DNA of 22,102 nucleotides from Gemmatimonadota bacterium (GTDB lineage Bacteria > Gemmatimonadota > Gemmatimonadetes > Gemmatimonadales > GWC2-71-9): contig JBDHKN010000076.1 of assembly GCA_039586365.1 (NCBI GenBank), positions 1 through 22,102 on the forward strand. Direction: 5' to 3'. Below are positions 15,920-22,102 of this stretch, in pieces. How positions within the stretch are numbered: the first letter of the stretch is position 1; each line of letters opens with the position of its first letter. A program made the position numbers and the translations under genes. The notes under the pieces were generated by a model. That model ran no database searches and was not told where the DNA came from. It saw only the letters and a program-made list of their open reading frames with translations.

Positions 15920-16675
15920 GTGCTGCCGGTCCTCCTCTCGATCCCGCACGGCGGCACCCGGATTCCCGAAGAGCTGCGCCACCGCGTCTGCATCACGCCC
16001 CACGATCTGTTCGATGACAGCGACGCGTTGACGGTGGACATCTACGACCTTGGTGCCGGCGTAGCGCGGGTGGTCAAGGCCGACATTGCGCGTGCGTTCG
16101 TCGACCTCAACCGGTCTCCCGACGACCGGCCGCCACGCAATCCGGACGGCGTGGTCAAGACAGCGACCTGCTTCAACCGACCGATCTACGTAGCAGGACG
16201 CGAGCCTGGTACCGCACTCACGGAGCGGTTGCTCGAACAATACCACGCTCCGTACCACGCGGAGCTTGCCGAGGCCGCAGCAGATCCCAGCATCAAGCTC
16301 GCACTCGATTGCCATTCGATGCTCAATGTGGCACCACCAATCGGTCGCGATCACGGGCAAGCTCGCCCGTTGTTCTGTCTCAGCAATCGGGACGGTGCAA
16401 CCGCACCCATGGAGCTACTGGAGCGCCTGGCTGTCGCCTTCGTCCAGGCGTTTGAGGTTCCGCGGGAGCAAATCAGCCTGAACGACCCGTTCAAAGGCGG
16501 GTACATCACCGAGACTCAGGGGGGCGGCCGGCTTCCCTGGATCCAGGTAGAGATGAACCGCTGCTTCTACCTCGACGAACCTTGGTTCGATCGCAACACT
16601 CTGCGCGTCGATCCCGGACGCATCGCGGAACTGCGCGACCGCTTTCGCGGCGCGCTGCACCGCTTGGGATTGTGA
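15920..16675 (+). CDS. N-formylglutamate amidohydrolase family protein
   Basis: SIPHGG, ARAFVDLNR, YHAPYH, LDCHSM, NDPFKGGYIT and IQVEMNR. GTG start 2 nt after the ggt stop. Confidence 0.9.
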   Translation: MLPVLLSIPHGGTRIPEELRHRVCITPHDLFDDSDALTVDIYDLGAGVARVVKADIARAFVDLNRSPDDRPPRNPDGVVKTATCFNRPIYVAGREPGTALTERLLEQYHAPYHAELAEAAADPSIKLALDCHSMLNVAPPIGRDHGQARPLFCLSNRDGATAPMELLERLAVAFVQAFEVPREQISLNDPFKGGYITETQGGGRLPWIQVEMNRCFYLDEPWFDRNTLRVDPGRIAELRDRFRGALHRLGL

Positions 16676-16876
16676 ACGCCAGGCGTGTGCGGCAGTTGAT
16701 CAGCATGCGGTCGATCACACGGGGCTCGGGATGAAGGTTGGGTGTGGGCGGGTGTACGCCCGAGGGTGCGGTGTTAGTCGGTCTCTACCTCCTCTACTTG
16801 TTATGGCTCACTTCATGACGAGCGGTCGTGACGGATAGGGTCGTCAGAGCCCACATTGGACATCTCACAGCAAGCC

Positions 16877-18184
16877 TCACAGCAGACCGCTCGCAAGCGT
16901 CGCCAACCCAAGAAAGCTGGAGAACCCCACTACGTCGGTCACTGTCGTCAGGATGATTGACGACGCCTGAGCGGGATCCTGCCCTAGCCGTGCGAGAACG
17001 ATCGGTATCGATGCTCCGGCAAGGCCCGCGATCCCCATGGAAATCACCATTGCGATCGCTATCACTCCCGTCAGACCGAGCGAGCTGCTCCAGATGTAGA
17101 CCGCGAGGGCGGTGACCAGGGCAACTGCGATGCCGTTGATGGCTCCGGTAGCGAACTCCTTTACGCTGACTCTAAGCCAGTGCCGCGCACGGATCTCCCT
17201 CAGCGCCAGACCACGCATGGTCACGGCCAGCGCCTGTGAGCCGGTGTTGCCCGACTGACCGGCCACAACCGGTAGCAGTACTGCGAGTGCGGTGAACTGG
17301 GCTATGGTTCCCTCGAACAACCCGACCACCGCGGCCGCTAGAAACGCCGTGCCGAGATTGACTTGCAGCCAGGGCAGACGGCGTCGCACCGCGAAGGACA
17401 CTTTGGAGAGAGCCCGTTCGTCCTTGCTGGCTCCCACCATGGTCTGCACGTCGGCCGTAGCCTCTGCCTGAACCGCCGCAAGCAGAGCAGCCTGTCGGAT
17501 GACGCCGATCACCCTACCTTCAAAGTCGGTAACCGGCAGGCTTGCGACCTTGGAGAGGTTCAGGACATCCAGCACCTCCTCTCTCGACGCGGTGGCTTGC
17601 ACGCTCACCGCTGGTGTCCGAACCAAGCCATCCAAGGTGTCCGAGGATTGGGCCAACACAAGCTCCTGCAGTGCAACCGGGCCCACCAGCCGTGCCTGGT
17701 CGTCTATCACGAAGACGTCGGAGATCCGACGGCGTCGAAAGGAACGGATCCGCCTGACGACTTCACCGACCGTGGCATCGGGTCGGAAGATGGTGACGCG
17801 CGGGTCCATGATGCCGCCCGCCGAGTCGGCTGGATGGCTCATCAACTCGAGGATTTCCTTGGACTCACTCTCCTGGATAGCGCCAAGCCTACTGGTTCTG
17901 CGATCGACGTCGAGCCGTGCGAGAATCGCGGCCACCGGGCCCGGCTCCAACAGAGCCACCAATTCGCGCAGGGGCGCGTCACCCAATTGCTCCAAGACCT
18001 CTGCTGCCGTGTCGGGCCGCAGGCGCTGGAAGACTCTCGCGGCGTCTCTAGCGGGCAGGGCCTCGATGAGTCGAGTCACCTCCCTGGCTGGCAGGGTTTC
18101 AGCGAGCAGCGCGACTTCATGCGGATAGAGTTCAGCATATTTCCTAGCAAGGGCGCGCTGGGTGCTGGGGGGCTTAGCTACCAC
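16877..18184 (-). CDS. mgtE: Magnesium transporter MgtE
   Basis: MgtE-N helices, a CBS pair (SAGGIMD...) and a TM domain with RLPWLQVNL, GQSGNTGSQ and DPAQASSIILTTVTDVVG (Mg-binding Asp). GTG 18184 with RBS AGGAGG, 435 aa. Confidence 0.92.
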   Translation of the reverse strand: MVAKPPSTQRALARKYAELYPHEVALLAETLPAREVTRLIEALPARDAARVFQRLRPDTAAEVLEQLGDAPLRELVALLEPGPVAAILARLDVDRRTSRLGAIQESESKEILELMSHPADSAGGIMDPRVTIFRPDATVGEVVRRIRSFRRRRISDVFVIDDQARLVGPVALQELVLAQSSDTLDGLVRTPAVSVQATASREEVLDVLNLSKVASLPVTDFEGRVIGVIRQAALLAAVQAEATADVQTMVGASKDERALSKVSFAVRRRLPWLQVNLGTAFLAAAVVGLFEGTIAQFTALAVLLPVVAGQSGNTGSQALAVTMRGLALREIRARHWLRVSVKEFATGAINGIAVALVTALAVYIWSSSLGLTGVIAIAMVISMGIAGLAGASIPIVLARLGQDPAQASSIILTTVTDVVGFSSFLGLATLASGLL

Positions 18185-19028
18185 GTTTACCTCCTGCGCG
18201 TGGTTTCGGCGTAGTGCGCGCTGGCTGATCATGTACCTGCAAGGATGGCAGTAGCGTCGAGAGACCGAGCCAGTACAGCTCCGAGAGACCGACCAGGGTG
18301 TGGGTGAGGCCGGAGGGCGTTGGCTTCGCACCGAGTTGTCGCAGCTGCCGGTGTCGTAGGATTCCCAGCAGGACACCGGTGTTGTCGACTACGGGGATCG
18401 CGTCCAGATCGCGCCAGGCGGCGAGAGAGATGCTGCTCGCCAGCCTGGCGCCGGCCTGCAGCTGCGCGGTCGGGGGTCGCATAATGCTCGTGACGGGTGC
18501 CTTGGAAGCGGCGCGCACAAGGTCGCGGACATGGAGGTAGCCTAGCAGGCGGCGCGCACGGTCCACCACGTAGAGTTGGTGGTGGAACGTGCCGGTACGC
18601 CGACGGAGCAGACGCTGAGCCGCTTCGCTGGTCAGGTCACTGGGAATCGCGAGCACCTCGGGATCGGTAACGGCGCCCACGGTACCGTCTGCATACTCTA
18701 GCAGCCGGTCGAGCTGTCCTCTCCGGTCTTCCGGCAACGTCGCAACGAGTTCGGCGCGTCGTGTGGCGTTGAGCCTGCGAAGCATTAAAGCGGCACTGTT
18801 GAGTGGCACCTCGGCGGCCACCGCCGCCGCCTGCTCCAAGCTCAACAACGACAGAATCTCCGCGCCTGTCGCGAGGTTCATGTGACTCACCACGCTGGCG
18901 CTGACTTTAGAGGGCAGCTCACTCAGAAACGGTGCGGCGTCTGAAGAAGGGGACTGCTCCAGCAAACGGGCGGCATCTTCGGGGTGTGTCTCCGCGAACC
19001 GGCGCGCGCACATTTGCACGGCCGGCAC
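18174..19028 (-). CDS. Soluble MgtE N-domain + CBS-pair protein lacking the transport domain
   Basis: HPEDAARLLE..., LLEYADGTVGAVTDP, LYVVDRARRLLG and IPVVDNTGVLLG. No MgtE membrane domain. RBS GGAGGAG, and it overlaps the mgtE start. Confidence 0.85.
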   Translation of the reverse strand: MPAVQMCARRFAETHPEDAARLLEQSPSSDAAPFLSELPSKVSASVVSHMNLATGAEILSLLSLEQAAAVAAEVPLNSAALMLRRLNATRRAELVATLPEDRRGQLDRLLEYADGTVGAVTDPEVLAIPSDLTSEAAQRLLRRRTGTFHHQLYVVDRARRLLGYLHVRDLVRAASKAPVTSIMRPPTAQLQAGARLASSISLAAWRDLDAIPVVDNTGVLLGILRHRQLRQLGAKPTPSGLTHTLVGLSELYWLGLSTLLPSLQVHDQPARTTPKPRAGGKRGS

Positions 19029-19030
19029 GA

Positions 19031-19831
19031 CTAAGCTCCTCCGGCTACGAGCAGCGAGGCCTCTTCGCTGAACCGCTTGGCCGGTACCAAAAGCCGGCCC
19101 TCCCGAGCCGACAGTACCACCGCCGTAGGTGTGAGCTGGACGATCTCACCCTCGATGTCGCCGATGCGGACGACTTGTCCCACGCTGTAGCTCTGGGACG
19201 CGTAGTACGCAGCTACGATGTTGCTCACCGCGGTATTGGCGCCGATACCGAAGGCCAGTCCGGCGCTGGCGAAGGCGGCCCCGATCACCACCGTTACGAG
19301 GATCACCAGGAGCTGAGCGTCAATCCCGATCTGATCTAACGCAACCACTACGGCAACCAGCAACACCGCTGCTTGCGTCGTGCGACCCACTCCCTCGTTA
19401 CGAGCTATGCCGGCCGATCTGGCGCCCGTGGACACTGCACGGCGCGCGACTCTGCCCACGATCATTCCCGCCACGATGACTGCTATCGCGGCCAGGACGT
19501 TGGGAAGATAGTAGGCAATCTGGCTGAGCACACTGGTCACTACCGTGAAGCCCAACGATTCGATCGCGGCAGCTGCAAACAGCAGAAACACGACCCAGAA
19601 CACGAATCCGGCGACAATCCCGGGTACAGTGGATCGTACACCAGAATCGTGCACGGCCTCTGCGACGCTGGCGCTCTGGTTCGGGTGATCTAGCACGCGC
19701 TTGACAACGCGGCCGGTTACGAAGCGGAGCAGAGTCGCCAGGATCCAGCCAGCAGCCAGCAGCCCAACCGAGGCCACGAATCTCGGGAGCAACTGCTGCG
19801 CACTTTCGGTGAGACTAGTGAACCATTCCAT
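19031..19831 (-). CDS. MscS-like mechanosensitive channel / conserved TM-helix (CmpX-like) protein
   Basis: Two repeats of the LP-x-VA...G conserved TM helix, GLAFGIG, SNIVA and the MscS beta domain YSVGQVVRIGDIEGEIVQL...LLVP. ATG 19831 is 6 nt from RBS AAGGAGG. Confidence 0.85.
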   Translation of the reverse strand: MEWFTSLTESAQQLLPRFVASVGLLAAGWILATLLRFVTGRVVKRVLDHPNQSASVAEAVHDSGVRSTVPGIVAGFVFWVVFLLFAAAAIESLGFTVVTSVLSQIAYYLPNVLAAIAVIVAGMIVGRVARRAVSTGARSAGIARNEGVGRTTQAAVLLVAVVVALDQIGIDAQLLVILVTVVIGAAFASAGLAFGIGANTAVSNIVAAYYASQSYSVGQVVRIGDIEGEIVQLTPTAVVLSAREGRLLVPAKRFSEEASLLVAGGA

Positions 19832-20175
19832 GAGCATCCTCCTTGGTCAGCGGCCGTTGGAGCAGAGATTGTCTAAGGTCTGACCTCAATGTTAAGCCGA
19901 GCATTGAGACGGTACACCCCTTAAGTAGCCCGTGGCTAGTGTTGGGACCAGACTATCGGTCGCTGGCGAGCAACCGGAAGTCTTCTGAGATCCTAGTGCC
20001 AGACGGGTCTAGCGAGACCGGCTCGAGATTGGCCGTGTGGTTCGAGAAAGCAGTGGCTCGTAGGATGAGACTGTCGCGGCTGATGCGTCTGGCTGCGAGT
20101 CGGGCTTGCTGTTCGCCGAGAGCGGACCAGCCCGGCGCACCAGGCTCCTTGCCGCAGGCACCTGGGATCCTGAGA

Positions 20176-21342
20176 CTAGAGAGACTTCCGCTCCTCTTCG
20201 AGCAACCCGTGCCGTCCTCGAATCTCGCCCCCCACGCGGCGGTGCCATAGAGTTTCTCGTATGCGTTTGGCAGCGACCCTTGCGGCTTCGGCCTTGTCCT
20301 CTTCCCCCAAGCGTTCATAAGCCAGAGCCTTGCCCTCCCATGCCACGGCATATGTGGGGCCTGAGAGGAGGCACTGATCGAATTCACGAATGGCCTCCGC
20401 CAGCATTCCTCTCTCTAACAACTGCTGCCCCTGATTGAAGTGTTCTTCGATCGCAGTGACGGCTGATTCCAGGCGCAAACGAACGACATCTGCTTCCTTC
20501 ATTGTCAACACTGGGCACGGCAGCTCGCGCAGAATCTTGTGTGTCACGCTACCCAAGAGAATGCGCTCAACGCCGGTCTTGCCTAAGGTCCCCATCGTAA
20601 GCAAGTCTGCCTTTAGCTCAACCGCCTCCGCAACGATCTCCTTGTGAGTCATCCCGTAGCGCACCTTCCTGGTCCAGTCGACCCCCCCAAAGTCGCAGCC
20701 CGCTAGGAAGTCGTCGAACTCGATCTGCTGTCGGTTGAGTCTAGCCTGATCCTTTTCCGCGGACACACCGACGATCGGCATGTGGAGCGGCAGCAGCGGT
20801 TCCTGCACGTTGAGCACGGTCAGCTTGGCGTTGAACCTGCGGCACAGCACCAGCGCGTTCTGCAACGCGCGCCGTGACGCTCTGGACGTGTCTGTGGGAC
20901 ACAATATCCGACGCGGTGTGGGCGAAGCATCCGTTCTGGCGATCCACACGGGCGTGATTGCACGGCGCAGGACCCGCTCCGCGGTGACACCTGGCCGACA
21001 TTTACCGCCGGACTTCCTTGCACCGCACCCAATCACGATTAGGTTGGCATCACGGCGGGCTGCTTCTTGGCAGATGACTTCCGCTGGAATTCCCTTGCCT
21101 AGGAAGATCTCAGGTGCGCCGACTCCCTGCGCCTCGATCTGTTTGGCCACCTCATGCAGGCGTTGCTCGATGTCCGCGATATCGCCGTCGTCTGAAAGCA
21201 GCGGTAGCAATGGCTCCGAAACGACGTGCAACAGCACGAGCTTGGACTGGAAGGTCTTGGCAAGCACGACGGAAGTGTCGATTGCAGGTGCGGAACCCGT
21301 GCCGAAGTCTGTCGTCAGCAGAATGGTCTCGAGCAGCTCCAT
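20176..21342 (-). CDS. Tandem universal stress protein (USP-USP) with C-terminal TPR
   Basis: ILLTTDF...LIVIG...GVTAERVLR and ILCPTDTS...LLTMGTLG...ILLGSVTHKILRELPCPVL, then TPR-like HFNQGQQLLERGMLAEAIREFDQCL...AWEGKALAYERLG. ATG 21342 with RBS GAGGA, 388 aa. Confidence 0.88.
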   Translation of the reverse strand: MELLETILLTTDFGTGSAPAIDTSVVLAKTFQSKLVLLHVVSEPLLPLLSDDGDIADIEQRLHEVAKQIEAQGVGAPEIFLGKGIPAEVICQEAARRDANLIVIGCGARKSGGKCRPGVTAERVLRRAITPVWIARTDASPTPRRILCPTDTSRASRRALQNALVLCRRFNAKLTVLNVQEPLLPLHMPIVGVSAEKDQARLNRQQIEFDDFLAGCDFGGVDWTRKVRYGMTHKEIVAEAVELKADLLTMGTLGKTGVERILLGSVTHKILRELPCPVLTMKEADVVRLRLESAVTAIEEHFNQGQQLLERGMLAEAIREFDQCLLSGPTYAVAWEGKALAYERLGEEDKAEAARVAAKRIRETLWHRRVGGEIRGRHGLLEEERKSL

Positions 21343-21388
21343 TGCATCCTCGTATGGAACGTAGGTGACCCACGGCCCCGCGACTGAA

Positions 21389-21877
21389 CTATCTCCTGCT
21401 GTCGTCGAGTTCCCGGAGTTTGCGTAGGATGCCCAGCGGGCTCTCACCGAGTCCCGCCGACACGATCGCCTTCATTTTGGCCTCGTCGGCGGCGAACTTC
21501 TTCCTGAGCCGGGCTTCGTAGGCCTCCTTGAGCGTTTCGAGTAGCTTGTCGAGCTCGTACGGCTTGGGCAGATACCCGAAGGCGCCGAGCTTGGTGAGCT
21601 CGACCGCGCTCTCGAGCGATCCATGACCCGTCAGGATGACGGCCTCGAGAAACTGGTGCTCTTGCTTCAACACGCGGAGAACCTCGCTTCCGTCCATCCC
21701 GGGCATCTTGAGGTCGAGCAGGGCGATGTCGAACTTTTCATCGCGCGCCAGCGCAATGGCATCAGGGCCGTTCGTGGCCGTCCTCACGTCAAAGCCGCGC
21801 TTCCTGAGGCGTGTGGCGATGGCGTCCAGGAAGCGGCTCTCGTCATCGACGATTAGGAGTTTGATGACCTGTTCCAT
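21389..21877 (-). CDS. Response regulator, receiver domain with short helical tail
   Basis: LLIVDDE, LLDLKMPGMDG (phospho-Asp), LTGHGS and YLPKP. No DNA-binding domain. ATG 21877 with RBS AAGGAG. Confidence 0.9.
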   Translation of the reverse strand: MEQVIKLLIVDDESRFLDAIATRLRKRGFDVRTATNGPDAIALARDEKFDIALLDLKMPGMDGSEVLRVLKQEHQFLEAVILTGHGSLESAVELTKLGAFGYLPKPYELDKLLETLKEAYEARLRKKFAADEAKMKAIVSAGLGESPLGILRKLRELDDSRR

Positions 21878-21897
21878 TGGGGTCTCCTTGCCTCGGC

Positions 21898-22101
21898 TCA
21901 CGTTCCGGGGAATCCGAGCCACGACCAGTAGCCCAGAATCACCCAAAACCACAGCACTGCAAAGCTGAGTGCCAAGACCGCGGCTCCGTGCTTTGCGAAG
22001 TCTCCGAGTGTCACCAGTTGTTCGCCCGTGTTCGGGTCTTTGGCCATGGCGAAAGCTAGTGCGTTTGACGGTGTTCCGATGATCAGCATGTGCGCGAATG
22101 A
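21898..22101 (-). CDS. SLC13/DASS family permease, C-terminal part (5' end outside the window)
   Basis: SFAHMLIIGTPSNALAF resembles the second SNT/PN motif of DASS transporters, followed by DFAKHG and a final TM helix. Confidence 0.75.
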   Translation of the reverse strand, partial: SFAHMLIIGTPSNALAFAMAKDPNTGEQLVTLGDFAKHGAAVLALSFAVLWFWVILGYWSWLGFPGT

Positions 22102-22102
22102 C

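Noticed and set aside
15920..16675. Histidine utilisation (hutG) operon
   Set aside because: No hutH, hutU, hutI or hutF genes in the window. The family call stands but the pathway does not.
19840..20175. Possible Mg-sensing leader (M-box) or small ORF upstream of the mscS-mgtE operon; hairpin CTCAATG..CATTGAG at 19885-19908
   Set aside because: No ykoK/M-box consensus was seen and the ORFs have no RBS or family features. A single 7-bp stem is not enough.
10364..21900. Further TGAGCCG hits at about 10364, 17236, 18616, 21505 and 21894-21900
   Set aside because: They lie inside genes or on a stop codon and lack GCGC at the 16-17 nt spacing.
362..22059. Numerous long overlapping and antisense ORFs in the track (e.g. 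362-1180, 3127-4110, 12031-13125, 17363-18214)
   Set aside because: They are shadows of real genes in high-GC DNA, with Arg/Pro/Ala-rich or antisense-type composition and no motifs.

Overview
GC-rich bacterial DNA. The Gemmatimonadota/Acidobacteriota-like gene content is a guess. There are three blocks. (1) 1-10.9 kb centres on an ECF43-type (TIGR02999-like) sigma factor translationally coupled to a membrane Ser/Thr kinase with TPRs. Around it lie a SELENBP1/methanethiol-oxidase-like gene with a His/Met-rich membrane partner, a BBE-type FAD oxidase, a lipoprotein cytochrome c, a stand-alone PAS protein, a signal-peptide-bearing cysteine hydrolase, and OsmC and MFS gene remnants. A bipartite motif TGAGCC-N16/17-GCGC lies upstream of five transcription units in the correct orientation and looks like the promoter of the local sigma factor. 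One copy arose with a ~183-bp inverted duplication of a promoter plus leader. (2) 11.3-16.7 kb has a UPF0316/DUF5698 membrane gene, then a tightly coupled operon: an atypical Ddl-like ATP-grasp ligase fused to an apparently inactive M20 peptidase, a GGT-family Ntn hydrolase with a remodelled substrate pocket and one in-frame TAG, and an N-formylglutamate amidohydrolase. This is a candidate uncharacterised acyl-glutamyl amide/peptide synthesis-and-turnover system. (3) 16.9-22.1 kb (minus strand) has a DASS/SLC13 permease (partial), a receiver-only response regulator, a USP-USP-TPR protein, an MscS-like protein, a soluble MgtE-N/CBS protein and a full MgtE. I recognised no rRNA, tRNA, CRISPR array or transposase. 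All family calls come from motifs read by eye, not from database searches.
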